A stretch of 64,000 nucleotides of DNA from Bacteroidales bacterium (lineage in GTDB: Bacteria > Bacteroidota > Bacteroidia > Bacteroidales > VadinHA17). The notes below the pieces were generated by a model that was given only the letters and a program-made list of their open reading frames with translations, was not told where the DNA came from and did not search any database. Of the stretch, positions 36,892 through 46,542 are shown one piece after another; position 1 is the stretch's first letter, and each line of letters starts with the position of its first letter. Position numbers and translations under genes: made by a program. Location of the stretch: NCBI GenBank assembly GCA_046706305.1, contig JBJKPQ010000162.1, positions 13,381-77,380 of the forward strand, in the 5' to 3' direction.

Positions 36892-37874
36892 AGCCTGTTG
36901 GAAGCCATATATTCAGCTATCTGTACCGCATTTGTCGCTGCTCCCTTTCTGATATTGTCTGATACAATCCACAGGTTAAGACACTTTTCCCTGGAATTGT
37001 CGCGCCTTATTCTCCCCACGAAAACATCATCCCTGTTATGAGCCATAATTGGCATCGGGTATATATTCTCAGAAGGATTATCATATACGGTGTTCCCGGG
37101 GAATCCGCCTATCAGGTTTACAACTTCATTAATATCAAATTCATTTTCAAATTCCACATTTACAGCTTCTGAATGGCCTCCTACAACAGGGATCCTGACA
37201 ACAGTTGCAGTTACCTGTATCGACTGATCACGAAGAATCTTGCGCGTTTCATCCACGAGTTTCTGTTCTTCAGTGGTGTAGCTGTCGGACTGGAAGGATC
37301 CTCCGTGTGGGAAACAGTTCATATCTATTGGATAAGGATAAACCATATCACCCTTGATCCCCAGCCTTTCATTTTCCATTTGCTTAACTGCTTTGACACC
37401 GGTACCGGTAACTGACTGGTATGTGGAGATGACAAGCCTCCTTATCCTGTACTTCTTATGGAGTGGCGCCAGTGCCATTACCATTTGTATGGTGGAACAG
37501 TTTGGGTTTGCTATTATCCTGTTCCCTTTCTTTATTACGTCGCTGTTGATCTCAGGTACTATCAGTGGAACATCCTTATCCATCCTCCAGTAAGAAGAGT
37601 TGTCAATAACAACAGTACCTTCACTTGCAAAGAGAGGAGCCCATTCCTTTGATACCGAAGCACCGGCTGAGAAAATGGCGAATTCAGGTTTAGCTGCAAC
37701 AGCTTCCTTAACAGTAACAACCTTAACCGGTTTTCCCCTGAAAATTACTTCCTTACCCGCCGATCTATCCGATGCAGCAGGGATAAGTTCAGTAACAGGG
37801 AAATTTCTTTCTTCAAGAACTTTAATCATTGTCCGGCCAACCATGCCGGTAGCTCCAACAACAGCTGTTTTCAT
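36885..37874 (-). CDS. asd: Aspartate-semialdehyde dehydrogenase
   Basis: 329 aa with MKTAVVGATGMVG, active-site NPNCSTI and IRKGAA near the C-terminus. Confidence 0.93.
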   Translation of the reverse strand: MKTAVVGATGMVGRTMIKVLEERNFPVTELIPAASDRSAGKEVIFRGKPVKVVTVKEAVAAKPEFAIFSAGASVSKEWAPLFASEGTVVIDNSSYWRMDKDVPLIVPEINSDVIKKGNRIIANPNCSTIQMVMALAPLHKKYRIRRLVISTYQSVTGTGVKAVKQMENERLGIKGDMVYPYPIDMNCFPHGGSFQSDSYTTEEQKLVDETRKILRDQSIQVTATVVRIPVVGGHSEAVNVEFENEFDINEVVNLIGGFPGNTVYDNPSENIYPMPIMAHNRDDVFVGRIRRDNSREKCLNLWIVSDNIRKGAATNAVQIAEYMASNRLY

Positions 37875-38051
37875 TTATGAGTCTCTATTAATACTGGTTT
37901 ATATTTTTCTGAGTTAACAGCTCCGCGTTATCCCGCATTGCCGTTATCTGTGTTCATCAGTTATTTGTTTGGATTAATGTTAGTTATTTAATAAATTTAT
38001 ACTGACTAAAAACGGGTCAAAATTAACTTTTTTTTCAATCCGACCCGCTGC

Positions 38052-40667
38052 ATGAAAAAAGTTATTTTGTTGTTTGTCTTTTTGCCACTGCTGGCAAAGG
38101 GTCAGGTATTTGAGAATTTTGAAGCCGGTAACACCGGAAACTGGACGCAGATACCCTCCGGGCGATGGATGGCTGATACATTATCACCCTTATCCGGAAA
38201 GGCATCACTTCATCATGTTTTTGATAACAACGAGGCTTCATCTGACTTAATATCACTGCCACTGTCCAATCTTCATATTGATGAAGGTACTACGAAATGG
38301 GATTTTTTAATCAGGTACGGGTATTCCCCGTCTGCTTCAAATAGCTGGGTGGTTTTTCTTCTTGCCGCAGATGATACGGCCGGTACTGAGCCGGGAAATA
38401 TCGATGGCTTTGCAGCCGGAGTGAACCTTGAAGGCTATGACGATACACTGCGGGTATGGAAGGTAAACGACGGGAGAGCTGAAGCTGTGGTTGAAAGCCA
38501 TCTCAACTGGCAGAATGATATTGGTACAGACAGTGTTGCCAGTATCTCCGTTACAAGGTCTGCTGGCGGCGTATGGGATATGCTTGTTGAATGTTGTAAT
38601 GGCAGTATCTCAGACCAATCCTCAGGATATGATCCCGACCTTGTTAATCCCGGAAGCTTTATAATTATGTACAGGTATACTTCATCATGCGACAGGCTAC
38701 TCTGGTTCGACGATCTCAGTATAACAGGAGTATTTCATGATGATAACAGCCCCCCATCAGTCACAGGCTGTAAGACATGCGGACACAGGCAAGTGTTGTT
38801 ATCACTGGATGAGGAGCCTTTGGCAGGATTCGCTGATCCGGGTAACTTCCTGTTGAACAGTAATGAAACTCCAGCAATAAAGGTAACCCGGACCGGTTCA
38901 TTGCAATGGGTTATTGAGTTTAATAATGAATTCAGGAATAAGGCTGAAAACCACATGCTTATACGAAACCTTTGCGACAATAATGGTAACTGCCATACCG
39001 ATAAAACTGTTGCTTTTAATGTTCTCTGGCCGGAAGCCGGGGATGTGATAATATCGGAGATAATGGCAGATCCTGAACCGGCAGTGTCCCTTCCCGTTTC
39101 GGAGTATATTGAACTGACTAACAGGACGCTGTTTCCCTTTGATTTAAAGAACTGGTCTTTATTATCTGGCAGCCAGGTTGTATTGCTGCCTTCCTGTGTA
39201 ATTTCACCGGGAGAAGAACTGATCTTATGTTCCGTACAGGATACTGCCTCTTTGAGTAGCTATGGAATGACACTGGGGGTCAAACCATTTCCGGTTCTCC
39301 CCGATGCCGGGAAAATTCTATGCCTGTCAGACAGCAACGGAGTTTTTATTCATGGTGTGGAATATGCCGGTTCATGGTACCAGAGCGATCTTAAATCCTC
39401 GGGAGGATGGTCACTGGAAATGATTGATACTGATTTTCCATTTTCCGGGAAGAAGAACTGGACGGCGAGTACCGGCTGGTCAGGAGGAACGCCGGGAGTA
39501 ATAAACTCGGTTGCCGCTTATAACCCTGATGTCTTTTTTTACGGGATTGATAATGCTTTCCCGATTGATAGCAGAACTATAAGGCTGTCGTTCAGGGAGC
39601 CTGTCGTTCCCGGGAACAATGCTGAATGGCTCAGTATTAGTGGTGCTGACATAGCTGCTGCCACGGTTTCGGACCCTCTCTGCAGGGAATATACTGTTAC
39701 ACTTAATAGTGAACTGAAAGAAAAAAATACCTATGAAATAGAGCTAAGCAACGATGTTAAGGACCTATCTGGTAACCCTGCTGAAAAAAAAGATTTTCTT
39801 TTTGGTATCCCGGAGGAAACAGCTTCTCATGACATACTATTCAATGAGTTGCTCTTTAATCCTTTTCCCGGCGATCCCGATTTTATTGAAGTGTACAATG
39901 CTTCGGGAAATATTACTGACCTGGCACGATTGGTAGTTGCTTCTGTAAATGATGATACAGGAGATACTTCCGGCGTTTTCGCCCTTTCAGATCACAACAG
40001 GTGTTTTCTTCCGGGTAATTATTTTGCCTTTTCGACAGACAGGGAAAAAATTCTGCAACGCTATTTTTCTTCAGACCCTGATAAGTTGTTTGCAGTTGAA
40101 TCTATGCCTTCAATGCCCGATGCAGGCGGTCATCTCATACTCCTCAGCCGCAGGCTCGGTTTGGTGGATGAGGTTCTTTATACTGATAAGATGCATAATC
40201 AGCTTTTATCTGATGATGAAGGTGTATCGCTGGAGAAAGCTGTGCCGGGAAGTGCCTCAGGTGATAAATCAAACTGGCATTCTGCTGCCGGAATTGCAGG
40301 GTGGGGAACTCCGGGTGCTCCTAATTCTGTAATGACAGATATTCCTGTTGAAAAGGATGTAATAAGCCTTTCTTCAACAATGATAACTCCCGATGGTGAC
40401 GGGAATGATGATTTCCTGGAAATAATGGTTCGGATGAATGGAAGCGATAATGTGCTTTCTGTTGAGATCTTTGATGAGGCGGGAAGTTATGTGAAAAGAA
40501 TTGCCAGGAATCTGTTGATAGGACAGGAGGCAATTCTGTCATGGGATGGTACTGCTGATGATGGATCATATGTAAGGAACGGGATTTATATCCTTCTCGC
40601 AACAATCTATAATGAAGATGGAAAAACGGAGAGGTTCAAAAAAGTCTGCTCTGTAGTAAGGAAATGA
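38052..40667 (+). CDS. Secreted protein with two lamin-tail (LTD) domains and a T9SS type-B (CHU_C-like) C-terminal sorting domain
   Basis: Signal peptide. LTD motifs IISEIMADPEP..SEYIELTN and ILFNELLFNP.PGDPDFIEVYN. The C-terminal ITPDGDGNDDFLEI..SVEIFD..G..V..I resembles gliding-associated C-terminal domains. Confidence 0.7.
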   Translation: MKKVILLFVFLPLLAKGQVFENFEAGNTGNWTQIPSGRWMADTLSPLSGKASLHHVFDNNEASSDLISLPLSNLHIDEGTTKWDFLIRYGYSPSASNSWVVFLLAADDTAGTEPGNIDGFAAGVNLEGYDDTLRVWKVNDGRAEAVVESHLNWQNDIGTDSVASISVTRSAGGVWDMLVECCNGSISDQSSGYDPDLVNPGSFIIMYRYTSSCDRLLWFDDLSITGVFHDDNSPPSVTGCKTCGHRQVLLSLDEEPLAGFADPGNFLLNSNETPAIKVTRTGSLQWVIEFNNEFRNKAENHMLIRNLCDNNGNCHTDKTVAFNVLWPEAGDVIISEIMADPEPAVSLPVSEYIELTNRTLFPFDLKNWSLLSGSQVVLLPSCVISPGEELILCSVQDTASLSSYGMTLGVKPFPVLPDAGKILCLSDSNGVFIHGVEYAGSWYQSDLKSSGGWSLEMIDTDFPFSGKKNWTASTGWSGGTPGVINSVAAYNPDVFFYGIDNAFPIDSRTIRLSFREPVVPGNNAEWLSISGADIAAATVSDPLCREYTVTLNSELKEKNTYEIELSNDVKDLSGNPAEKKDFLFGIPEETASHDILFNELLFNPFPGDPDFIEVYNASGNITDLARLVVASVNDDTGDTSGVFALSDHNRCFLPGNYFAFSTDREKILQRYFSSDPDKLFAVESMPSMPDAGGHLILLSRRLGLVDEVLYTDKMHNQLLSDDEGVSLEKAVPGSASGDKSNWHSAAGIAGWGTPGAPNSVMTDIPVEKDVISLSSTMITPDGDGNDDFLEIMVRMNGSDNVLSVEIFDEAGSYVKRIARNLLIGQEAILSWDGTADDGSYVRNGIYILLATIYNEDGKTERFKKVCSVVRK

Positions 40668-40681
40668 CTGCTTTATAAAAA

Positions 40682-40855
40682 ACCATTTAACCGCGAAGGT
40701 ACACGAAGGATAGCCCTAAGGATCACAATGGCATTTTGCAATTTGTGACGTAGTGTAATAAAGACAGAAGGGGTTAATTATTTCAATAACAATGCAATAT
40801 ATTTAAAGGCTTTGGTGTCCTTTGTGAAGCTCTTTGAGACTCTTTATGGTTAACA
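40682..40855. repeat. Inverted pair of ~45-nt AAGG-periodic elements (REP/MITE-like)
   Basis: The left arm is TTAACCGCGAAGGTACACGAAGGATAGCCCTAAGGATCACA. The reverse complement of the right arm is TTAACCATAAAGAGTCTCAAAGAGCTTCACAAAGGACACC. The arms share the TTAACC head and AAG periodicity, are ~80 nt apart, and lie between convergent genes. Confidence 0.5.
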
Positions 40856-40870
40856 AGCAGATAACAATAA

Positions 40871-41686
40871 CTAAAGGGACCTTATAAGATCATCCATTAT
40901 CGCAGTCATGCGTGCTTCCGTTTTAGCAGCTTCCATCTGGACCGACTCATGAGTAGTATACTCAATCTTACCCTCCACGCCAAGGTCGGTGATAACACTT
41001 ACAGCAAAGCATGGCAGCCTCATATGTCTCGCCACGATAACCTCGGGGACTGTCGACATTCCAACTGCATCAGCACCAATTATTCTAAAATATTTGTATT
41101 CCGAAGGTGTCTCAAATGTCGGACCCGATGTCGCAAGGTAGACCCCGGTATGAACCCTGATACTCTTTGATTCCGCAATTTCAGCCGCCCTTTCAATCAG
41201 TTTCTTATCATAGGCTTCCCCCATGTCCGGGAAACGCGGACCTATCCGGTCATCATTAGGACCGAGAAGAGGGTTTGGGAGTAGGTTTATATGATCACGA
41301 ATTATCATGATGTCGCCAATACGGAAATCTGGATTTACCCCTCCGGCAGCATTCGAGAGGAAAAGGGACTTAATACCCAGATATTTCATCACTCTCACCG
41401 GCAAAGCAACCTGCCCGGGACCATATCCCTCATAATAATGAAACCTGCCTTTCATGGCAAGAATCTTTTTGCCTCCGAAATCGCCGAAGATCAGCTTGCC
41501 GGCATGTCCTTCAACTGTTGATACGGGGAAGTTGGGGATGTTCTTATAATCAATCTCTATACTGTTCTCAATTTTAGATGCCAGCTCTCCCAATCCGGTA
41601 CCAAGTATAATCCCGGCTTCAGGATCAATGATGCCTTCAGATCTCAGAAACTCTGTTGTTTCTTTTATTTTTTCTAACATAATCAA
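40871..41686 (-). CDS. Purine nucleoside phosphorylase (trimeric PNP/PunA type)
   Basis: 271 aa with GIILGTGLG, FP.STVEGHAGKL.FG, GRFHYYEG and MSTVPE motifs. Confidence 0.9.
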   Translation of the reverse strand: MIMLEKIKETTEFLRSEGIIDPEAGIILGTGLGELASKIENSIEIDYKNIPNFPVSTVEGHAGKLIFGDFGGKKILAMKGRFHYYEGYGPGQVALPVRVMKYLGIKSLFLSNAAGGVNPDFRIGDIMIIRDHINLLPNPLLGPNDDRIGPRFPDMGEAYDKKLIERAAEIAESKSIRVHTGVYLATSGPTFETPSEYKYFRIIGADAVGMSTVPEVIVARHMRLPCFAVSVITDLGVEGKIEYTTHESVQMEAAKTEARMTAIMDDLIRSL

Positions 41687-42737
41687 TTATCAGGTTATCA
41701 AATTCATCCCTGTCGTCGTTAAGAAAATCTATGCCGACAGGAATATAATAAAAGGCTGTTTTTATCGATTCTGCAATATTACTAAATTCCCGAAACCTGA
41801 CAGCATCTTTCTCGGTGGTTATTATATATTTTACAGACGATTTGAGTGAATTCCAGGCATTTATTATTTCTTTAAGGTCATCTTCACTGTAGTTATGGTG
41901 ATCGGCATATGTAAGGTGTACAATTTTTCTGTTTTTATTTGCGAGATATTTTTTCAGGGGATCGGGGTTTGCTATTCCTGTTACAAGTAAAATGTCACAA
42001 TCCTCCGGTTCTTCTGCAAGCAGAGTGGGACAACCATTTTCCTGTCCGAAAACGGGGAGAGGATCTTTATAAACAATTGTTGTGAAATAAAGATTCTGGT
42101 AAGGAGCCTTTTCCATTTCCTTTACTATAAGTCTTCTTTGTATCGGTGAAAGGTTTTCAGGTGATTTGGTAACAAGTATAATGTCGGCCCTGTGCATGTT
42201 GGAAGCACTCTCACGCAGATTCCCGAAAGGGAGCATATAATCATATACAATTAGTCTGTCATAATCCGTTAGAAGTATTGAAAATCCCGGGGTTATCTTC
42301 CTGTGCTGGAATGCGTCATCGAGAATTATTACGTCAGTATCAGGTTTTTCCTTCAGTATCTTCTTAACACCATTTACTCTTTTTCTGTCGACAGCCACAG
42401 TAATACCCGGGTATTTACTGAAGATCTGCAAAGGCTCGTCACCAATCTCATTTACTCCCGACCCGGGTACAGCGATCCGGAAATCCTTTGTTTTTCTTTT
42501 GTAACCCCTGCTAAGAGTGGCGACCCTGAAGTTATTCCTTATAAGCAGATCGACCAGGTATTCGGTATGCGGTGTTTTGCCTGTGCCTCCAACAGTGATG
42601 TTGCCCACACATAATACAGGCAGGTCAAATTCTTTTGATGCGAGTATTTCCTTATCATAAAGAAAATTTCTTACAGAGGTAGCCAAACCGTAAAGCAGTG
42701 ATAATGGATATAAAAGGATGTGTCTTTTCTTAACCAT
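41637..42737 (-). CDS. lpxK: Tetraacyldisaccharide 4'-kinase
   Basis: 366 aa with the P-loop VGNITVGGTGKTP. Its 3' end overlaps the PNP start by ~44-50 nt. Confidence 0.88.
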   Translation of the reverse strand: MVKKRHILLYPLSLLYGLATSVRNFLYDKEILASKEFDLPVLCVGNITVGGTGKTPHTEYLVDLLIRNNFRVATLSRGYKRKTKDFRIAVPGSGVNEIGDEPLQIFSKYPGITVAVDRKRVNGVKKILKEKPDTDVIILDDAFQHRKITPGFSILLTDYDRLIVYDYMLPFGNLRESASNMHRADIILVTKSPENLSPIQRRLIVKEMEKAPYQNLYFTTIVYKDPLPVFGQENGCPTLLAEEPEDCDILLVTGIANPDPLKKYLANKNRKIVHLTYADHHNYSEDDLKEIINAWNSLKSSVKYIITTEKDAVRFREFSNIAESIKTAFYYIPVGIDFLNDDRDEFDNLIIDYVRKNKRNNRVSEI

Positions 42738-42740
42738 TAT

Positions 42741-44510
42741 TTAATGAATCTCAATAAAATAAGGAAGCCTTGCCTGTATGCCTGACATATTTTTAATCTC
42801 CTCAACCATGTCAAAGTACCTGTATGATTCCCCGAGACTTTTCCTGATAATCTTCATCCTCACATCGCCTGTGAGCTGTGTCAGCAGTTTGGTATAGGGA
42901 TCGACAGGTACAGGCAGTTCCCTTATTGTGTAGGTTACAATATCTGCAAGCTGTGCAGCTCCTTTTATAGCATCCTCCAGTCCGCCTATCGAATCTACAA
43001 GGCCTATCTCGTGTGCTCTGAGGCCACTCCAGACCCTTCCCTGGCCGATACTGTCAACGGATTTTTCCTGCATCTTTCTTCCTTCTGCAACTTTTCCAAC
43101 AAAGTCGCTGTATGTATTTTCCACACTGGTCTGCATAATGTCTCTTTCGTACGTTGTTAGAGGCCTGAATACCGAAGGAAAATCAGAATGCGTATTTGTA
43201 TTTACAACGTCAGTTGTTATGCCTAATTTCTGACCGAGCAGTTTTTTAGCTTCCGGGAGAAGGCCAAAGACACCAATAGACCCTGATATTGTTGTAGGAT
43301 CGGAATAGATAACTGTTGCCGGTGCCGAAATGAAATATCCGCCTGAAGCTGCATAATTACCCATAGATACGACTACCGGCTTTACTTTTGCCGCCAGCTC
43401 CAGCTCTCTCCACATAATATTTGCCGCTATTGCATTTCCTCCTGGTGAATTCACCCTAAGAACAATAGCTTTTACATTTGAATCCTTCCTTTCGCCACGT
43501 ATTATACCGGCGAAATAATCTCCACCTATGTTATTATCTGTTCCCTTTCCTGTTACAATGGTGCCTGAAGCATATATCACGGATATCCTGTTCTTTGTAT
43601 ATTCTGCTTTAACCTGGTCGGGGACATTTGAATATTTTGTCATCGACACCATATTAAGATCATCGTCGGATGAGATCCCCGACAATGATTTGAGTGTATC
43701 AATAAGCTCATCACGGTAAACTAGTCCGTCAACCATCTTATTCTCCAGTGCAGTAGAAGCAATTGTGCCATCGAGATTATCAGCCATTGTGTTAAGACTT
43801 GCGACCGGTATATCCCTCGATTGCGATATGTTCTTCAGAACATGATTCCAGATAGATCCTGTGTAGTCTTTTATCTGTTCGCGGTTATCCTTGCTCAGCT
43901 TATCAAGCATATAGGGCTCAACAGCACCTTTGAATCTGCCATGTCTTATTACCTGTACCTGTACTCCCAGCTTGTCGAGGGCATCCTTATAAAACATCAC
44001 CTCACTGCTTAGACCCTTAAAATCAATCATGGCAGAGGGATTAATGTAGATCTTATCGGCTGCTGTTGAGAGATAATAACATTCCTGTGTAAGGACATAA
44101 TCGCTGTATGATATTATGAATTTACCGGATGCCCTGAATTTTTCGAGGGCATTCCTGATTTCTTCTGTTGTTCCCCATCCTGAAGAAAGAAGCCCGTTCT
44201 CAATAAGTATGCCTTTTATCTTGTAGTCAGAAGCTGCCTTTTTTATGTTATTCAATATATCATTTAACCCTGGAGTGGGAGTAAGAGTCATATTGAAGAT
44301 ATCGACACCAGCAATTGGATTGTCATTGCCCCTGTCGGGTATTGTAGCACCTGCTTTAAGCACGAGTACGGAGTTTTCATTAATTGAAGCGGGTTTGTTG
44401 CCGGAAGAGACAATTGCACTCAGGCTCGACAGTAATATTACGAAGAACAGGATTGATACAAGTATTATCCCTGTAATTACTGCCAGCGTGTATTTCAGAA
44501 AATCTTTCAT
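42741..44510 (-). CDS. sppA: Signal peptide peptidase SppA, 67K type
   Basis: 589 aa. N-terminal TM and two S49 domains (..NSPGG.., GNYAASGGYFISAPA, SGSIGV). Confidence 0.88.
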   Translation of the reverse strand: MKDFLKYTLAVITGIILVSILFFVILLSSLSAIVSSGNKPASINENSVLVLKAGATIPDRGNDNPIAGVDIFNMTLTPTPGLNDILNNIKKAASDYKIKGILIENGLLSSGWGTTEEIRNALEKFRASGKFIISYSDYVLTQECYYLSTAADKIYINPSAMIDFKGLSSEVMFYKDALDKLGVQVQVIRHGRFKGAVEPYMLDKLSKDNREQIKDYTGSIWNHVLKNISQSRDIPVASLNTMADNLDGTIASTALENKMVDGLVYRDELIDTLKSLSGISSDDDLNMVSMTKYSNVPDQVKAEYTKNRISVIYASGTIVTGKGTDNNIGGDYFAGIIRGERKDSNVKAIVLRVNSPGGNAIAANIMWRELELAAKVKPVVVSMGNYAASGGYFISAPATVIYSDPTTISGSIGVFGLLPEAKKLLGQKLGITTDVVNTNTHSDFPSVFRPLTTYERDIMQTSVENTYSDFVGKVAEGRKMQEKSVDSIGQGRVWSGLRAHEIGLVDSIGGLEDAIKGAAQLADIVTYTIRELPVPVDPYTKLLTQLTGDVRMKIIRKSLGESYRYFDMVEEIKNMSGIQARLPYFIEIH

Positions 44511-44614
44511 AATCAGGAACCTTTTATTAAAATATTAAATATATGAAAAATCAGATTGATTATGTAAAGGTATATATATCTATTTAATACTTTTATCATT
44601 GTGAATAATTGAAT

Positions 44615-45100
44615 ATGGAGATAATATATCTGGGTATAGGTACTAACCAGGGCAACAGGGAAAACAACCTGTCTAATGCACTGGAACTCATTGAAAAAAA
44701 AGCAGGTCGTTTGATCAGCTCTTCATCGGTATATGAGACGGATCCCTGGGGGTTTGAATCATCACAACTTTTCCTGAACATGGTGGTAAAGGTCGAAACT
44801 GAACTGTCGCCATATGACTTACTCGATGCGGTTCATTTAATTGAGTCAGAACTTGGCAGGAAGAGGGGAAAAACAAGGTATGTCTCGAGGATAATGGATA
44901 TTGATATTCTGTTCTATGGTGAAGAAGTGATTGCTGCTGAAGACCTTGTAATTCCTCATCCCCTGATATGTGACAGGAAATTTGTTCTAATACCGCTTGC
45001 AGAGATCGAATCCGCGTTTGTCCATCCTGTGTTCAAAACGACGATAAAAACACTACTTGACTCTTGCAGGGATAATAGCAGGGTTAACAAGGTGTATTGA
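44615..45100 (+). CDS. folK: 2-amino-4-hydroxy-6-hydroxymethyldihydropteridine diphosphokinase
   Basis: IYLGIGTNQGNR..NL, S.VYETDPWG, R.MDIDIL and IPHP motifs. I prefer the ATG at 44615 over the TTG at 44609. Confidence 0.88.
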   Translation: MEIIYLGIGTNQGNRENNLSNALELIEKKAGRLISSSSVYETDPWGFESSQLFLNMVVKVETELSPYDLLDAVHLIESELGRKRGKTRYVSRIMDIDILFYGEEVIAAEDLVIPHPLICDRKFVLIPLAEIESAFVHPVFKTTIKTLLDSCRDNSRVNKVY

Positions 45101-45109
45101 ATGTATAAT

Positions 45110-45793
45110 CTACAGAAGGCCATTGTCAGCAAAGCTGAAATAATCTTTTCCTGATATTATCAGGTGATCGAGCAGTTGTATGTCCATCAGGTTTCCTGCC
45201 TCTTTAATTTTCATCGTTATTTTTGAATCTGATTCACTGGGATTCAGGTTTCCTGACGGATGATTGTGACATACTATTATACCGGATGCGAGATATTCAA
45301 CGGCTTTTTTCATTATAATCCTTATGTCAGTCACAGTTCCGCTTATACCTCCCTGGCTTAGTTTCATCCTGCTTATCACCCTGTTCGATCGGTTCAGAAA
45401 CAGTATCCAGAATTCTTCATGGGAGAGATCGGACAGCAGAGGGTGGAATATCTCAGCCGCATCTCCTGAACATTTTATCTGGCTCGTTTCAGATACTTCA
45501 GAGAGTTTCCGCCTCCTTCCCAGCTCCAAGGCGGCAGCTATGGTTACTGCCCTGGCCAGCCCAATTCCATGCAGTTTTGTCAGGTCGTTTATACTAAGTT
45601 TACCTAGGCTGTTGAGATTGTTGCTGACCATACCCAGCAGTTCGCGTCCAAGTTCAACGGCCGATTTATCTTTGGTTCCGGAATTAATAAGAATGGCCAG
45701 CAACTCAGCATCACTGAGACTGGAAATGCCTTTCCTCACCAGTTTTTCCCTGGGTCTGTCTTCAACAGCCCATTCGGTTATTTTAAGTGACAT
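45110..45793 (-). CDS. radC: RadC-like JAB-domain protein (UPF0758)
   Basis: 227 aa. HhH region (..LSDAELLAILI.SG..) and JAMM-like motif HNHPSG...PS..D. Confidence 0.85.
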   Translation of the reverse strand: MSLKITEWAVEDRPREKLVRKGISSLSDAELLAILINSGTKDKSAVELGRELLGMVSNNLNSLGKLSINDLTKLHGIGLARAVTIAAALELGRRRKLSEVSETSQIKCSGDAAEIFHPLLSDLSHEEFWILFLNRSNRVISRMKLSQGGISGTVTDIRIIMKKAVEYLASGIIVCHNHPSGNLNPSESDSKITMKIKEAGNLMDIQLLDHLIISGKDYFSFADNGLL

Positions 45794-45856
45794 GCAGCGA
45801 GATAATTAGAAATGCAGATGCAATATAAGAAATGACCTCTGTATTTCAAAATAAAA

Positions 45857-45893
45857 AGAGACCGTCTCATAAGTGATTGAGACGGCTTTTTCT
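45857..45893. terminator. Hairpin with flanking A- and T-runs (bidirectional terminator-like)
   Basis: CCGTCTC (45862-45868), 10-nt loop, GAGACGG (45879-45885). AAAAAG lies before it and CTTTTTCTTT after it. Confidence 0.5.
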
Positions 45894-46026
45894 TTGTTTC
45901 GTTTAGCTTCGCTGAGCTCCTAAAAGCCTATGAATAATAGTCATTAATATATTGTTATTGCTCGGTCCTTTTTTGACGAACAAAAGAACCGGAGCGAGGC
46001 AGAGCTCGACGCAGTCGAATGAAAAG

Positions 46027-46063
46027 ATAAAAAAGAAGGTGTCCTTTTGAGACACCCTCTTCT
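46027..46063 (-). terminator. Rho-independent terminator of rpsT
   Basis: AGAAGGTGTC (46034-46043), loop CTTTTGA, GACACCCTCT (46051-46060), with one mismatch. The A-run at 46029-46034 gives a U-tract on the minus strand. About 20 nt downstream of the rpsT stop. Confidence 0.7.
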
Positions 46064-46083
46064 GCTTTTGTATATTTTGTTAC

Positions 46084-46335
46084 TTATAAGCTGCTTACAT
46101 GTTTTGTTATGGATGACTTCAGATTGGAAGCTTTCTTTTTATGTATGACATTCTTTTTTGCAAGCTTGTCGAGCATGGAAGTAAGCTTTGGCAACATATC
46201 GGCCGCTTCTTCCTTATTAGTGGTGGAACGTATTGATTTCAGAGCATTACGCATTGTCTTTGCATAATACCTGTTACTCTCTCTTCTTGTCTGAGTCTGC
46301 CTGATCCTTTTTTCTGATGACTTGTGATTTGCCAT
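46084..46335 (-). CDS. rpsT: 30S ribosomal protein S20
   Basis: 83 aa, [14 protein letters not shown]...N. Confidence 0.93.
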   Translation of the reverse strand: MANHKSSEKRIRQTQTRRESNRYYAKTMRNALKSIRSTTNKEEAADMLPKLTSMLDKLAKKNVIHKKKASNLKSSITKHVSSL

Positions 46336-46372
46336 GCCTTTATTTTATAATCTTCAAAATTAATAAAAATTG

Positions 46373-46444
46373 TAGTCCATAGGGGAATCGAACCCCTGTT
46401 ACCAGGATGAAAACCTGACGTCCTAACCACTAGACGAATGGACC
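46373..46444 (-). tRNA. tRNA-Glu (anticodon UUC)
   Basis: Minus strand folds as GGTCCAT TC GTC TAGTGGTTAG GAC G TCAGG TTTTCAT CCTGG TAAC AGGGG TTCGATT CCCCT ATGGACT A. The D-arm is typical of tRNA-Glu and CCA is not encoded. Confidence 0.88.
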
Positions 46445-46542
46445 ATGCAAAGAACTTTAAAATGAGGATGCAAAGAAAAGATGTTTTTTTGTATCTGCAA
46501 AATATTTTTGGCTAAAAAAGGGTGGGTTCATTAAATGATTTA

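Noticed and set aside
41637-41686. A 44-50 nt overlap between the 3' end of lpxK and the 5' end of the purine nucleoside phosphorylase gene, considered as possible evidence of a frameshift or a mis-called start.
   Set aside because: Both proteins look complete at the overlapping ends. The PNP N-terminus has normal length before GIILGTGLG, and lpxK ends at normal length. Same-strand overlaps of this size do occur, and nothing else is anomalous.
46445-46477. A direct repeat of ATGCAAAGAA (minus strand TTCTTTGCAT) upstream of tRNA-Glu, considered as a duplicated promoter element.
   Set aside because: Neither copy matches the TAnnTTTG -7 consensus because TA is missing. The proximal copy ends only 4 nt from the tRNA 5' end, which is too close for a -7 box.
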